A stretch of 64,000 nucleotides of DNA from an uncultured Aliarcobacter sp. (GTDB taxonomy: Bacteria; Campylobacterota; Campylobacteria; Campylobacterales; Arcobacteraceae): positions 2,144,001 to 2,208,000 of the forward strand of contig OY781945.1 in NCBI GenBank assembly GCA_963677435.1, in the 5' to 3' direction. Positions 1-11,054 of this stretch are shown one piece after another. A program made the position numbers and the translations under genes. The notes beneath the pieces are model-generated. The model did no database searches, had not been told where the DNA came from, and saw only the letters and a list, made by a program, of their open reading frames with translations. Position 1 is the stretch's first letter. Each line of letters begins with the position of its first letter.

Positions 1-78
1 TTGAATATAGTATAGATATCTAAATTAATTGTAATTATTGTAGTATTTCAAAAATAATGATTATCAAAAGGATTAGCT

Positions 79-441
79 TTGTCTATAATTTATAAAAATG
101 ATTTAATAAAAATAGAAATTGAAAACTCAGAAATACCCTGGCTTAAAATATTTACAATAGAAGATATAAAAGAATTTTCTCAATGTAATAGCCAAACTAA
201 ACAAGAGATATTTAAATATCTTGATATTATTGAAAAAGAGATGTTAGATTATTTCAATCCTAAAAAAATAAATATTGCTTCTTTTGGAAATTATCTTCCC
301 CATGTACATTTTCACATTATGGCTAGATTTGAAGAAGATTCATATTTTCCAGAACCAATGTGGGGGGAAAAACAAAGAGTTGCAAATTTAAATCTACCCT
401 CTTTTGAAGAATTTTATGAAATTTTAAAAAAGAAGCTCTAA
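79..441 (+). CDS. HIT family hydrolase
   Basis: HIT motif PHVHFHI, preceded by KINIASFGN; TTG start after AAGGA Shine-Dalgarno. Confidence 0.9.
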   Translation: MSIIYKNDLIKIEIENSEIPWLKIFTIEDIKEFSQCNSQTKQEIFKYLDIIEKEMLDYFNPKKINIASFGNYLPHVHFHIMARFEEDSYFPEPMWGEKQRVANLNLPSFEEFYEILKKKL

Positions 442-453
442 AAGCTTCTTTTT
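426..453. terminator. Probable bidirectional intrinsic terminator between convergent genes
   Basis: Inverted repeat aaaaagaagct-ctaaa-agcttcttttt with A/T tails on both sides. Confidence 0.6.
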
Positions 454-1378
454 ATCCATCTTGATTAATTTGTTTAATTAACTCTTCTAAAACAACTAAC
501 GAATCTTTTTCATCAATTTGACATCCACCTGCTGCTTCATGGCCACCACCACCATATTTAAGCATAAGTTCTCCAACATTTGTTTTTGAAGATTTATTAA
601 TTATTGATTTTCCAACACTAAAGGCAACTTTTTCTTTATCTTTTGCCCACATTATATGTATTGAAATATTTTGTTCTGGATTCATTGCATAAATCATAAA
701 TCTATTTCCAGGATAAATGATTTCTTCATATCTATAATCAATTATTAGTAAATTATCTTTTATTGTTGTTACTTTTTTTAGTTGTTCTTTAAATTCATTT
801 TCATATTTAAAATATAAATCTGTTCTTTCTTTTACATCTGGTAATTCAAGTATTTGATCAATATTGTGTTTTGCACAATATCTAATTAAATCCATCATAA
901 GCTGATAATTTGAAATTTTAAAATCTTTAAATCTTCCCAAACCTGTTCTTGAATCCATTATGAAACTAAGTAATGCCCAAGCTCTTGGGTTTAAGATATC
1001 ATCTTCAACAAAATCTGCACTATCTGCTTTATTTGCTCCATTCATCATTCCTGTGAAATATCCAGGGAAAGCATTATCTCCATCATAATAATCATAAACA
1101 ACTTGTGCAGCACTTGGAGCATTTGCATTTATAATATGATTATCTTTTTTTTCATTTCTTAATGTTTCTGAATAGTGGTGATCAAAAGCTAAATATACTC
1201 CTTCAACATAAGGAAGATTTGTAGTAATATCATTTGGAGTAACTGTAATTTTTCCATCTTGCATATCTTTTGGATGAACAAATATAATTTCATCAATAAT
1301 ATCTAAGTATATAAGTAGTGTTCCACATACTAGACCATCCATATCACTTCTTGTAATTAATCTGTATTTTTTATTCAT
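452..1378 (-). CDS. DHH/DHHA1 family phosphoesterase (exopolyphosphatase/nanoRNase-like)
   Basis: RSDMDG, FDHH and C-terminal GGGGHEAAGG (DHHA1) motifs; likely start is ATG at 1378 (ORF track gives GTG 1387). Confidence 0.85.
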   Translation of the reverse strand: MNKKYRLITRSDMDGLVCGTLLIYLDIIDEIIFVHPKDMQDGKITVTPNDITTNLPYVEGVYLAFDHHYSETLRNEKKDNHIINANAPSAAQVVYDYYDGDNAFPGYFTGMMNGANKADSADFVEDDILNPRAWALLSFIMDSRTGLGRFKDFKISNYQLMMDLIRYCAKHNIDQILELPDVKERTDLYFKYENEFKEQLKKVTTIKDNLLIIDYRYEEIIYPGNRFMIYAMNPEQNISIHIMWAKDKEKVAFSVGKSIINKSSKTNVGELMLKYGGGGHEAAGGCQIDEKDSLVVLEELIKQINQDG

Positions 1379-1463
1379 ATTTATCACCGAATTTTTGATT
1401 TTATCTTATCATAGTAAATGTTAATTATATTTAAAATAGTTATTATTTAATTTAAAAATAGAG

Positions 1464-1486
1464 AAAGAGAGCGTATTGCTCTCTTT
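1464..1486 (-). terminator. Intrinsic terminator after leuB
   Basis: Perfect stem aaagagagc-N5-gctctcttt directly after the leuB stop. Confidence 0.7.
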
Positions 1487-1487
1487 A

Positions 1488-2555
1488 TTATTTGTTTATA
1501 TATTTAACGATTAAATCGCCCATAGCAGTAGTATTTAAAACTTCAATAGCGTCAAATCCAGCTAAATCTTTTGTTCTATATCCATCTTTTAATGCAGCTT
1601 TTATTGCGTCTTCTATCATATCAGCAGCTTTAATTTCATTTAATGAATATCTTAACATCATTGAAGCACTTAAAATTGTTGCAATTGGATTTGCAATTCC
1701 CATTCCTGCAATATCAGGAGCTGAACCATGAATTGGTTCATAAATTGCAGTTTTATCTCCTGTTGAAGCTGATGGTAATAATCCAATTGATCCCACAACC
1801 ATTGAAGCTGTATCAGATAGAATATCTCCAAAAATATTTCCAGTTACAATAACATCAAATTGTTTTGGATTTCTTACAAGTTGCATAGCTGCATTATCTA
1901 CATACATATGTGAAAGAGTTACTTCTGGATAATCTTTTGATAATTCATTCATAGTGTCTCTCCAAAGTTGAGAAACTTCTAGAACATTTGCTTTATCAAC
2001 AGAACAAACTCTTTTATCTCTTTTCATAGCTAATTCAAATGCTTGTTTACCAATTCTTACAATTTCTGGTTTTGTATAAACCATTGTGTTATAAGCTTTA
2101 AATCCATCATTTGCTCTTGGTTGACCAAAATAAATTCCACCAATTAACTCTCGTACCACCATAATATCACAACCCTTAATTACTTCAGGTTTTAGTGTTG
2201 AAGCATTTACAAGTTCGTCATAAACAATAGCAGGTCTAAGATTTGCATAAACACCCATCTCTTCTCTAAACTTTAAAAGTCCAGTTTCAGGTCTTAATTC
2301 TCTTGGTAATGAATCCCATTTTTCTCCACCAATAGAACCAAATAAACAAGCATCAGAATCTAAAACACCAGTTACAGTTTCAGCAGGAAGTGGAACACCA
2401 GTAGTATCAATAGCAATTCCACCCATTAAGTATTCTTTATATGATAATTCAAAATCACATTTTTTAGAAACTGCATTTAATACTTTTATTGCTTCATCAA
2501 CGATTTCTGGTCCTATCCCATCACCTTTGATTATTGAAATATTATATTTAGTCAT
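1488..2555 (-). CDS. leuB: 3-isopropylmalate dehydrogenase
   Basis: [30 protein letters not shown] and [12 protein letters not shown] motifs; coupled to leuD. Confidence 0.97.
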   Translation of the reverse strand: MTKYNISIIKGDGIGPEIVDEAIKVLNAVSKKCDFELSYKEYLMGGIAIDTTGVPLPAETVTGVLDSDACLFGSIGGEKWDSLPRELRPETGLLKFREEMGVYANLRPAIVYDELVNASTLKPEVIKGCDIMVVRELIGGIYFGQPRANDGFKAYNTMVYTKPEIVRIGKQAFELAMKRDKRVCSVDKANVLEVSQLWRDTMNELSKDYPEVTLSHMYVDNAAMQLVRNPKQFDVIVTGNIFGDILSDTASMVVGSIGLLPSASTGDKTAIYEPIHGSAPDIAGMGIANPIATILSASMMLRYSLNEIKAADMIEDAIKAALKDGYRTKDLAGFDAIEVLNTTAMGDLIVKYINK

Positions 2556-3058
2556 TATTTATTTCCTCTTCCCATTTCAGCTTTTGCGTAATTAATTAAT
2601 CCACCAGCGGCAATTAATTCTTGCATAAAAGGAGGAATAGCAGTAAAATCATAAGTTTTATTTGTTGTATTATTTATAATTTTACCATTATCTAAATCTA
2701 TTGAAATTTCGTCACCCTCTTTAATCTCTAAAGATTCTGGTAATTCAAATATTGGTAAACCCATATTAAAAGCATTTCTATAAAAAATTCTTGCAAATGA
2801 TGGTGCAACAACAGCAGCAACTCCAGCAGCTTTAAGTGCAATTGGAGCATGTTCTCTACTTGAACCACATCCAAAATTTTCACCTGCAACTATAATATCG
2901 CCTCTTTGTAACTTTTTAGGAAAATCAGGATCAGCATCTTCCATAACATATTTTGCTAAATGTTCAGGATCTGAACTATTTAAATATCTAGCTGCAATAA
3001 TAACATCTGTGTCAATATTTGCCCCAAAATTCCATACTTTTCCAGTTATTTTATTCAT
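2555..3058 (-). CDS. leuD: 3-isopropylmalate dehydratase small subunit
   Basis: [18 protein letters not shown] and SFARIFYRN motifs; ATG 3058 follows AAGGA. Confidence 0.95.
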   Translation of the reverse strand: MNKITGKVWNFGANIDTDVIIAARYLNSSDPEHLAKYVMEDADPDFPKKLQRGDIIVAGENFGCGSSREHAPIALKAAGVAAVVAPSFARIFYRNAFNMGLPIFELPESLEIKEGDEISIDLDNGKIINNTTNKTYDFTAIPPFMQELIAAGGLINYAKAEMGRGNK

Positions 3059-3188
3059 ATTATATGTCCTTGAATTTAACAAATTTAAAATTTATTAAAT
3101 ATTATTTTCAAAAAAAAGGCATTTTAGCCAATTTTTCAGTAATATTTGTTTAAATACCTTTTTTTTAATTAAATGTTTAACTATTTTG

Positions 3189-3196
3189 GGTATAAT
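3189..3196 (+). promoter_or_regulatory. Sigma70 -10 element (gnTATAAT) upstream of rpoD
   Basis: ggTATAAT with AT-rich upstream region, about 37 nt before the ATG; GAGGA Shine-Dalgarno follows. Confidence 0.6.
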
Positions 3197-3232
3197 ATCC
3201 GACCATCTTAGAAAAGAGGATTCCCTAATACA

Positions 3233-5119
3233 ATGAGCGTAAAAGATATAAATAAAACTATCGAGCAATTAGTAAAAGAGTACAAAGATTCAGTACTTAC
3301 TTACGAAAAAATTATTAAAATCTTTCCTAAAGCACCTTCTGGTCCAAACATCAAAAAACTTCTAGCTTTAATACAGTTATGTAATGTTACTGTAATTAGT
3401 TCTCAAGAACAAGCAAAAAGAATGAATGCCGAAGAAGCTAAAAAAAGAAAAGAATTAAGAGAAAAGTTAATAGAAAATGAAGATGATGTTTACGATTTAT
3501 TGAAAAATAAAGAGTTACTTGAGTGGTCAAGATCAGATTCACCTGTTAGAATGTATTTAAGAGAAATGGGGCAAATTCCATTACTTACTAAAGAAGAAGA
3601 GATTGAAATCTCTAAAAAAATTGAAATGGGTGAAGATATTATTCTTGATGCTATTTGTTATGTTCCATACTTAATAGATTTCATATTAGAATATAAAGAA
3701 CCTTTAGTAAATAGAGAAAGAAAAGTAAAAGAGTTATTTAGAAATTTTGATGATGATGATTCTGAAAGTGAAGAAGAAGATGACATCGAAGATGAAGTTG
3801 TAGATGATGATGACGATTCTGAGTCTTCAGATGAAGATGATAGTGAAAAAACTAGTGCTAAAAAATTAAAAAAACTTGATAAAAGAGCACAAACTATTAT
3901 TGAAGCATTTAAAATTTTAGAAAAAGCTAAAAAAGATTGGCTTAAATTTTCACTTAAAGAAACAGCAAAATCAGATGATGAAGTAGATCAAATGACTTTT
4001 AATCTTGCAGTTGCATTTAAAAAGAAAATTTTAAAAGAAGCTTTACTTGATTTAGGACCTACTTCTAAATTAATTACAGAAATTGTAAAAGCAATGGAAA
4101 CAGCTTTAAAATCTGATACAGGTTTTGATGGTGAATTAAAAAGATTAGAGTATAAATTACCTTTATTTAATGAAACACTATTAAAAAACCATAAAAAGAT
4201 TTTAGATAACATTGTAAATTTAACAAAAGCACAAATTACATCAATGGTTCCAGAAGCTACAATGGTTTCTTCTTATATGGAAATTAAAAAACTTTTCCAA
4301 ACTAAAGAGGCTTCAAAAGGTGGATTTGATTTAGCACCTGAAGAGTTAAAAGATGTTCTTGAACAAATTAAAAGAGGTAAACAAATTACTGATACTTCTA
4401 AAACAAGAATGGCAAAATCTAACCTTAGACTAGTTGTATCAATTGCAAAAAGATATACAAACAGAGGTTTACCATTCCTTGACTTAATTCAAGAAGGAAA
4501 TATCGGTCTTATGAAGGCTGTTGATAAGTTTGAATATAAAAAAGGTTATAAATTCTCTACTTATGCAACATGGTGGATTAGACAGGCAATTTCTAGAGCA
4601 ATCGCAGATCAAGCTAGAACTATTAGAATTCCTATACATATGATTGAGACTATTAATAGAATTAATAAGATTATCAGAAAAGGTATTCAAGAAAATGGTA
4701 AAGAGCCAGATGTAGATGAAATCGCAAAAGAAGTTGGACTTCCTGTTGATAAAGTAAAACAAGTAATCAAAATCACAAAAGAGCCTGTATCTTTAGAAGC
4801 TCCAATTGGAAGTGATGACGATGGTAAATTTGGAGATTTCGTTCCTGATGAAAAAGCTCCAACACCAGTTGATAATATTATGAAAGAAGATTTACAAGGT
4901 CAAATTGATCAAATTCTTGGTCAATTAAATGAAAGAGAACAAGCTGTTATTAGAATGAGATTTGGTCTTATGGAAGATGCAAGTGATAGAACATTAGAAG
5001 AAATTGGAAAAGAACTTTCTGTAACAAGAGAGAGAGTTAGACAAATTGAATCAAGTGCTATTAAGAAATTGAAGCATCCAAAAGTAGGAAAAAATCTTAA
5101 AAACTATGTAGAAAGTTAA
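3233..5119 (+). CDS. rpoD: RNA polymerase primary sigma factor
   Basis: [12 protein letters not shown] (region 1.2), acidic tract, [35 protein letters not shown]...TRERVRQIE. Confidence 0.98.
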   Translation: MSVKDINKTIEQLVKEYKDSVLTYEKIIKIFPKAPSGPNIKKLLALIQLCNVTVISSQEQAKRMNAEEAKKRKELREKLIENEDDVYDLLKNKELLEWSRSDSPVRMYLREMGQIPLLTKEEEIEISKKIEMGEDIILDAICYVPYLIDFILEYKEPLVNRERKVKELFRNFDDDDSESEEEDDIEDEVVDDDDDSESSDEDDSEKTSAKKLKKLDKRAQTIIEAFKILEKAKKDWLKFSLKETAKSDDEVDQMTFNLAVAFKKKILKEALLDLGPTSKLITEIVKAMETALKSDTGFDGELKRLEYKLPLFNETLLKNHKKILDNIVNLTKAQITSMVPEATMVSSYMEIKKLFQTKEASKGGFDLAPEELKDVLEQIKRGKQITDTSKTRMAKSNLRLVVSIAKRYTNRGLPFLDLIQEGNIGLMKAVDKFEYKKGYKFSTYATWWIRQAISRAIADQARTIRIPIHMIETINRINKIIRKGIQENGKEPDVDEIAKEVGLPVDKVKQVIKITKEPVSLEAPIGSDDDGKFGDFVPDEKAPTPVDNIMKEDLQGQIDQILGQLNEREQAVIRMRFGLMEDASDRTLEEIGKELSVTRERVRQIESSAIKKLKHPKVGKNLKNYVES

Positions 5120-5123
5120 TATT

Positions 5124-5804
5124 ATGAGTTTTTTTGAAGAGTGGGTTGAATTAGATTTAAATCCAATTTTATCTTTTTCATCAAGTGCAAAAATTATTTA
5201 TTCTAATTCAGAAGCTCAATTTTTATTAAATAGAATAAAACAAAAAGAGCTTTTTGATTTAGCTTTAACATACGCCCCAAAAACATTTGGGGCGCAGACT
5301 TCTTATATTGATTTAAATATCAAAAATTACACATTTTATGCAGTAACTGTAATGTATGAAAATGAAGATGAAATCCATATGAAACTTTATAAAAGTGCGA
5401 TGGTAAAAAAAGAATCAAAACTTAATATAAAAAATATAAATACAACAAATATCTTTACTTTAGTTGATTTAGCAATTTCAACAAGTAAAATAAAAAACGA
5501 TATTAATTTTACGAAAAATTATGATCCTTCTATTCCTGAATTTAAATTAGATGCTAGTTCATTTATAAAAACACTAAATGGTGTTTTTGAAGTTTTTAAA
5601 GACAAAAATAGTGTAACTTGTTCTATTTTATTAAAAATTGGAGAGTATATTAAAATTGATAATAAAAAGTACTCTTTAATAAGTGTGGAAATATTCTCAA
5701 ATGAGAAAAATGATTTTTCATCATTAAATATAAAAGATAATAACTCTTTCATTTTAACTTCCGATGAGAACAAGGTAACTATTGATTTACCTTTAATTCT
5801 CTAA
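5124..5804 (+). CDS. Hypothetical protein, PAS-like N-terminus plus degenerate histidine-kinase ATPase-like C-terminus
   Basis: PAS-like NPILSF...IIYSNSEAQFLL; KNYDPSIPEF resembles NtrB RDYDPSLPEL; starts 4 nt after rpoD. Confidence 0.6.
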   Translation: MSFFEEWVELDLNPILSFSSSAKIIYSNSEAQFLLNRIKQKELFDLALTYAPKTFGAQTSYIDLNIKNYTFYAVTVMYENEDEIHMKLYKSAMVKKESKLNIKNINTTNIFTLVDLAISTSKIKNDINFTKNYDPSIPEFKLDASSFIKTLNGVFEVFKDKNSVTCSILLKIGEYIKIDNKKYSLISVEIFSNEKNDFSSLNIKDNNSFILTSDENKVTIDLPLIL

Positions 5805-5839
5805 ATTTTCAAAGCTTTTTTTCAATAAGCTTTGAAAAT
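5805..5839. terminator. Hairpin at convergent gene junction
   Basis: 13-bp inverted repeat attttcaaagctt...aagctttgaaaat. Confidence 0.5.
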
Positions 5840-6366
5840 AAAACTCCAATAGGAACAATTCCTAATCCAATTAAAAAAGCAATTGGTAAAAATATCTTAT
5901 TATTATTTAAAGCAAAAAAACCAAATATTAAAATTCCATAACCTAAAACTCTATAAATAGAAATAAATCCACTTGCAGAAAAAAGAGTATTTTTAAAAGA
6001 GTTTCTTTTTACTTTTGCTTTTTCATCGTTTATTATTTCTTTTATTTTTTCACTTGTTAATTCATCTTCTGGTATCTCTTTATATTCAGTATATAAATCA
6101 TAAGGATCATCTATCTCATCTATTTTATCCCTATCAACACCTTCATTTATTTGAGTTAAATCGAGATTTGATAATCTATTTTGAATATTTCTTTTATAAG
6201 ATAAAAAAGTAGCAATAGTAATTAATATAGAAGAACAAAATGCAACTTGAGTATTTAAAAACCATAAATTACTTTGAAAGACTAAAGAGTAAATTATCAT
6301 ACAAAGGTCTAAAAAAATAAAGACCTTTGCAAATTTTAATATTTCTGGATTAATCTTCATCATCAT
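5809..6366 (-). CDS. Conserved membrane protein downstream of the AtpZ/AtpI-like gene
   Basis: About four hydrophobic helices around an acidic loop (DKIDEIDDPYDLY); start probably one of three tandem ATGs at 6360-6366. Confidence 0.7.
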   Translation of the reverse strand: MMMKINPEILKFAKVFIFLDLCMIIYSLVFQSNLWFLNTQVAFCSSILITIATFLSYKRNIQNRLSNLDLTQINEGVDRDKIDEIDDPYDLYTEYKEIPEDELTSEKIKEIINDEKAKVKRNSFKNTLFSASGFISIYRVLGYGILIFGFFALNNNKIFLPIAFLIGLGIVPIGVLFSKLIEKKL

Positions 6367-6664
6367 CTTTGTCAAAAGATTTATCTCCATGTTTTGCTCT
6401 ATAAGCATATCTTGGGTCATTTTCCATACCCTCAAACTCTTTTTGGGCTCTTTTATATGCTCTATATACATTCATGATAGCAGCAGCAATTCCCCAAGCA
6501 ATTCCAAGCCATAAAGTCCATGTATATCCAGTTAATTGCTTTAAACCATATCCAACACCAAAACCTATAATAATTGCAGCAACAATTGATATTCCTAAAG
6601 ATAAATTATCTAAAGCAATAACCTTATCTTGATGTTTTGGTTTATTGTTATTTTGATTATCCAT
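6350..6664 (-). CDS. AtpZ/AtpI family membrane protein
   Basis: LSLGISIVAAIIIGFGVGYGL...WLGIAWGIAAAIMNVY two-TM pattern; position after hemL is typical of Campylobacterota. Confidence 0.8.
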   Translation of the reverse strand: MDNQNNNKPKHQDKVIALDNLSLGISIVAAIIIGFGVGYGLKQLTGYTWTLWLGIAWGIAAAIMNVYRAYKRAQKEFEGMENDPRYAYRAKHGDKSFDKDDDED

Positions 6665-6678
6665 TTAATTAACCAAAA

Positions 6679-6996
6679 TTATGCAATATATGTACAACAA
6701 TAATCTGTTATTTCTAAAACTTTTATTTCAAAACTACAATTTGCAGGTACTTCAAAATATTCTCCACCACTTATTGTTTCCCAGTTGCTATCACCACAAG
6801 CTATTAAAATCTCAACTTTTCCTGAGATTATTTCCATGTGTTCTGCTTCATTTGTTCCAAAAGTATACTCACCTGGCATCATAATACCTAAAGATTTTCT
6901 AACTCCATTTTCATCAACAAAACCTCTACTTGTTACTTTTCCATCAAAATAGATATTTGCTTTTTTTGTTAATTCTACATTTTTAATTGTTGGCAT
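6679..6996 (-). CDS. ppnP: Pyrimidine/purine nucleoside phosphorylase (DUF1255)
   Basis: ANIYFDGKVTSR, GIMMPGEYTFGT, EHMEI, FEVPAN and DYCC motifs. Confidence 0.9.
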   Translation of the reverse strand: MPTIKNVELTKKANIYFDGKVTSRGFVDENGVRKSLGIMMPGEYTFGTNEAEHMEIISGKVEILIACGDSNWETISGGEYFEVPANCSFEIKVLEITDYCCTYIA

Positions 6997-7009
6997 TTAA
7001 ATTTCCTTT

Positions 7010-8290
7010 TTATAAATTTTTCATAATTTCATCAGCTGCATTTAGGCAAGCGTCAATATCTTCATTTGTAATAACTGTAGAGATGAATCCTAACTCATAT
7101 TGACTACAAGCAAAATAGAATCCTCTTTTTATCATTTCTCTATGAAATGTTGCGAATCTTTTAAAATCACAATTATTAACATCTTTAAAGTTTTTAGGCT
7201 CTTTTTCACAAAAGAAAAACCCAAACATACTTCCTCTTACTGTTGTTTGAAAAGGAATATTATATTTTGAAGCAACTTCTTTTAAACCATTCATCAATCT
7301 TGTAGATTTTGCAGTAAGTTCCTCATAAATAGCTGGATTTGCTTTTAATTTTCTCAAACTTGTAAGTCCTGCAGCCATTGCAACTGGATTTCCACTTAAT
7401 GTTCCAGCTTGATAGATTTTTCCCTCAGGACTTAATTGTGACATTATTTTACTATTTGATGCAAATGCGCCAACTGGCATACCAGCACCAATTACTTTTC
7501 CAAAAGTAATAATATCTGCTTGAGGTTTAACAACTCCACTAGCTCCAGTTAAACTTGCTCTAAATCCTGACATTACTTCATCATAAATTAATAAAGTACC
7601 ATTTTCATCACATAATTTTCTACAAGCTTCTAAAAACTCAATATCAGCAGGAATTAATCCCATATTTCCAGCAATTGGCTCAATAATAATACAAGCAATA
7701 TCAGAACTTTCTTCAAAACATTTTTTTAAGTTTTCAATGTTGTTATATTCGCATAAAAGTGTATGTTTAGTTAAATCAGCAGGAACACCTGGACTGCTTG
7801 GAGCTCCACAAGTTGCCATTCCAGAACCAGCTTGTACTAATAATGAATCAGAGTGTCCATGATAACAACCCTCAAACTTAATAATATCACTTTTTCCAGT
7901 AACACCTCTTGCTAATCTAATAGCGCTCATAGTAGCTTCAGTTCCGCTACTTACAAATCTAACTTTATCAATATTGTCGTACATTTCAACAATTTCACTT
8001 GCAAGTTCAGTTTCTAAAACTGTTGGTGCACCAAAAGATAAACCATTTTTTGCTGTTTTAATTACTGCTTCTTCAATATCTTTATCACAATGTCCAAAAA
8101 TAAGAGGGCCCCAACTTTGTACAAAATCTAAATATTTATTTCCATCAATATCAATTAAATAAGCACCCTCACCTTTTGCAATAAAAGGAGGAGTTCCTCC
8201 AACACTATTAAAAGCACGAACAGGTGAGTCAACCCCGCCTGGTATTACTTTTTTTGCTTCTTCATAAGCATTTATAGATTTTTCAAACAT
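7010..8290 (-). CDS. hemL: Glutamate-1-semialdehyde 2,1-aminomutase
   Basis: [43 protein letters not shown] (PLP Lys) and QAGTLSGNP. Confidence 0.97.
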   Translation of the reverse strand: MFEKSINAYEEAKKVIPGGVDSPVRAFNSVGGTPPFIAKGEGAYLIDIDGNKYLDFVQSWGPLIFGHCDKDIEEAVIKTAKNGLSFGAPTVLETELASEIVEMYDNIDKVRFVSSGTEATMSAIRLARGVTGKSDIIKFEGCYHGHSDSLLVQAGSGMATCGAPSSPGVPADLTKHTLLCEYNNIENLKKCFEESSDIACIIIEPIAGNMGLIPADIEFLEACRKLCDENGTLLIYDEVMSGFRASLTGASGVVKPQADIITFGKVIGAGMPVGAFASNSKIMSQLSPEGKIYQAGTLSGNPVAMAAGLTSLRKLKANPAIYEELTAKSTRLMNGLKEVASKYNIPFQTTVRGSMFGFFFCEKEPKNFKDVNNCDFKRFATFHREMIKRGFYFACSQYELGFISTVITNEDIDACLNAADEIMKNL

Positions 8291-8339
8291 ATACATTCCT
8301 ATTAATCATTTATTATTGTAATTGTACTATAATCGCGCT

Positions 8340-9128
8340 ATGAAAATTATTATCTTAGCCTTTATTATTTCAATAACTCTACATTTTCTTCTATTTAAGA
8401 AGTACAAGAATGATGAATTCACAAAGAATAATCAAAAAGAAGAAAAAGTATTAAAAAAATCAGATGTTAAATTTGTAAAATTAAAAAAATTAGATCCAAT
8501 AGCAAATGAAACTATTCAAGAAAAAGTTGAACCAAAAGTAGAAAATAAAATAGAAAAAAAAGTTGAATTACCACAAGTTCAAAAAGAGATTGTAAAAAAA
8601 CAAAATTTTTCAAAACAAATTGAGAAAAAAACTAATAATAATAGGAAAATTGATGTAGAAAAATCTAAAGAATTGCAGAAAAAAGTTTTAAATGACCAAA
8701 TAGTAAATGAAAAAGAGTCTCTTCAAGATAAAACCCTAGAAGATTTTTTATCTCAAAAACAGCCTATTAATAAGGAGATTTTAAATGAACTTCAAAAATT
8801 ATATGGGGAAGAATATGATAAATTTACAAATGTTCAAAAAGCTTATTTAGAAAAAAATCTAAATAACTTTCAGACAATTACTCAAAGAGTTTTAAATAGA
8901 TTAGGTTATCCACCACTTGCAGCAAAACTTAAAATTGGTGGAGTAAATATTATAGAATTTATGTTTCATCCTGATGGAAGTATTACAGGTTTGAGAGTAA
9001 TTGACTCTTCTGGATATGCTGTTTTAGATGATTATTCTCTAGAATTAATTGAGATTGCGTATAAAGATTATCCAAAGCCACAAACATCAACGAAACTAAG
9101 ATTCAATGTACAATACAGATTATACTAA
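8340..9128 (+). CDS. tonB: Energy transducer TonB family protein
   Basis: N-terminal TM with SxxxH (SITLH), Lys/Glu-rich linker, C-terminal YP...SSGY..LD; TATAAT ends 7 nt before ATG 8340. Confidence 0.8.
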   Translation: MKIIILAFIISITLHFLLFKKYKNDEFTKNNQKEEKVLKKSDVKFVKLKKLDPIANETIQEKVEPKVENKIEKKVELPQVQKEIVKKQNFSKQIEKKTNNNRKIDVEKSKELQKKVLNDQIVNEKESLQDKTLEDFLSQKQPINKEILNELQKLYGEEYDKFTNVQKAYLEKNLNNFQTITQRVLNRLGYPPLAAKLKIGGVNIIEFMFHPDGSITGLRVIDSSGYAVLDDYSLELIEIAYKDYPKPQTSTKLRFNVQYRLY

Positions 9129-9136
9129 GGAAAAGA

Positions 9137-9853
9137 ATGACAACTACTGACACTAAAAACTATTTTTATAAATTATTAAATGGAAAGACATCCCTCTGGG
9201 TTGTATTTTGGTTTTGGTTTGTATTTTTAACATTTTTAATTGAAGTGTTTTTTGAAGTAATATTTATGGATAGTGTTTATGCACAAAATAGAGATAGTTA
9301 TGTTGAACTAATTATTTATATTGTAATTACCATTTATGCTATTGCCATATTTTTAACTGTATTTAGAACTGCAAATAAATATAAGGGTTTTAAATTATGG
9401 TCATTTTTATCAAAAGTTCTCGTAACAATAAACCTATTTTTTTCAATCAATTTTTTTATTGAAGTAAGTAAATTTTATTTCTATGATGATTATAGTTTAG
9501 TAAAAGAAATTGAGGGTTATAAAGAACAATTACCAATTCAAGTAGATATGAATACAACATTAGTTGATATTTACAAAGTTGAGCACACTATTCATTACAA
9601 ATACCAACTTAATGAAGTCCATTTAGAAGATGAAAATTTAAAAAATAAATTTAAAAAACAAATTCAAGATTCATTATGTGAAGATGATAGTAGTTTAGAT
9701 TTATTAAAACGAGATTATACTTTAGATTATATTTATATGGATGGAAAAGATAACGAGATTATGACTATAAAAACAGATAAAAAAGTATGTGGTAATTCAA
9801 TTTATGATTTAGATATTTTAAATGATGTGTTAAAAAAACAAGGGATAATTTAG
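9137..9853 (+). CDS. Hypothetical membrane protein (3 TM plus soluble C-terminal domain)
   Basis: Three hydrophobic segments; C-terminal LPIQVD..TTL domain with two Cys; AAGGA Shine-Dalgarno. Confidence 0.7.
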   Translation: MTTTDTKNYFYKLLNGKTSLWVVFWFWFVFLTFLIEVFFEVIFMDSVYAQNRDSYVELIIYIVITIYAIAIFLTVFRTANKYKGFKLWSFLSKVLVTINLFFSINFFIEVSKFYFYDDYSLVKEIEGYKEQLPIQVDMNTTLVDIYKVEHTIHYKYQLNEVHLEDENLKNKFKKQIQDSLCEDDSSLDLLKRDYTLDYIYMDGKDNEIMTIKTDKKVCGNSIYDLDILNDVLKKQGII

Positions 9854-9866
9854 TCTCCCTTGTTTT
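9835..9866. terminator. Intrinsic terminator between convergent genes
   Basis: aaaacaaggga...tcccttgtttt inverted repeat. Confidence 0.65.
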
Positions 9867-9928
9867 ATTATTATAAATTATGGTGAAATAGCAAAAAAAT
9901 TTCTACGAGTAATCTAACTAACTTATAT

Positions 9929-11035
9929 TTATAATTTTCTTTCATAATTATATAAATTCATATACCTAAATGCTAATAAATTTTCTAAAATTGCAAATGT
10001 CACAATAAAATTAATAAATGAACTTCCACCATAAGAAAATAAAGGTAAAGGAAGCCCCACAACTGGTGCAAAACCAATAACCATTAAAATATTTACACTC
10101 ATATTAAAAAAAATCAAAAGTCCTAATCCCGAGGAGAAAACCCTTAAGACATAATCATCTTTAAAATAGTAATTCATACTAAGTAAATGCATAATAATTA
10201 ATGCATACAAAAATATCAATCCAATAGCACCTAAAAATCCATATCTTTCAACAAAATATGCAAAAATAAAATCACTTGTTGCAATCGGTAAAAATTTCAA
10301 TTGAGTTTGAGTTGCTTCTTCACTTTGTTTTCCAGTAAGTCCACCTGAACCAATTGCTATAATCGATTGTTGAACATGGTAACTTGGTTCTTCAGAAACA
10401 AAATCTGTAATTCTTTTTTTCTGATAATCTTTTATTAAATAAGTATAAATAAAAGGAGAAGAAATACCAACTACTATAAAAATAGTAGCCCAAATTTTCC
10501 AATTCACTCCAACAATAAATAAAATTCCATATCCTACTAAAAGTAAAACCATTGCTGTTCCTAAATCAGGTTCTTTTGCAATTAATAAAAATGGTAATAA
10601 TATATAAAAAGAAAAATATGTAAAATCTAAAAAACTATAACCATTTTTAGGTGGTGGTCTATGTTGTATTAAATATCCTAGCATTAAAATAAATGTAGGT
10701 TTAATTAACTCAGAGGGCTGTATTGTTGTATGTAAAAAAGGAATAGGCAGCCATCTTGTAGCTCCTAATTTTGTAACACCAACAAATTCAACGGCAAGCA
10801 ATAATATAACACTAAGCCAGTATAAAAATGGAATTATTCTGATTTTTTTTCTAATAGGTAAAATGAAAACACCAATAAATACAAAAATAGAAATTACATA
10901 ATATACTAATTGCTTATTAGCTAACCTTTCGTTTGTTTCACCAATTAAATGGTATGATAACAAGATCAAAGGTAAAACATATATTATTAACAAATAATCA
11001 AAATGGGAAATAATTCTTTTATCAAATAAACGCAT
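9929..11035 (-). CDS. rodA: Rod shape-determining SEDS glycosyltransferase RodA
   Basis: GATRW, IQPSE, EPDLGT, YQKKR, SIIAIGSGG, DFIF, PVVGLPLPLFSYGGSS. Confidence 0.9.
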   Translation of the reverse strand: MRLFDKRIISHFDYLLIIYVLPLILLSYHLIGETNERLANKQLVYYVISIFVFIGVFILPIRKKIRIIPFLYWLSVILLLAVEFVGVTKLGATRWLPIPFLHTTIQPSELIKPTFILMLGYLIQHRPPPKNGYSFLDFTYFSFYILLPFLLIAKEPDLGTAMVLLLVGYGILFIVGVNWKIWATIFIVVGISSPFIYTYLIKDYQKKRITDFVSEEPSYHVQQSIIAIGSGGLTGKQSEEATQTQLKFLPIATSDFIFAYFVERYGFLGAIGLIFLYALIIMHLLSMNYYFKDDYVLRVFSSGLGLLIFFNMSVNILMVIGFAPVVGLPLPLFSYGGSSFINFIVTFAILENLLAFRYMNLYNYERKL

Positions 11036-11054
11036 AGTGAAAGAGTATCTAAAT

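Noticed and set aside
361..367. Poly-G phase-variation tract in the HIT gene
   Set aside because: Only six G residues, too short for typical contingency tracts; the frame is intact.
3745..3845. GAT/GAA-rich low-complexity tract
   Set aside because: Encodes the normal acidic region of RpoD.
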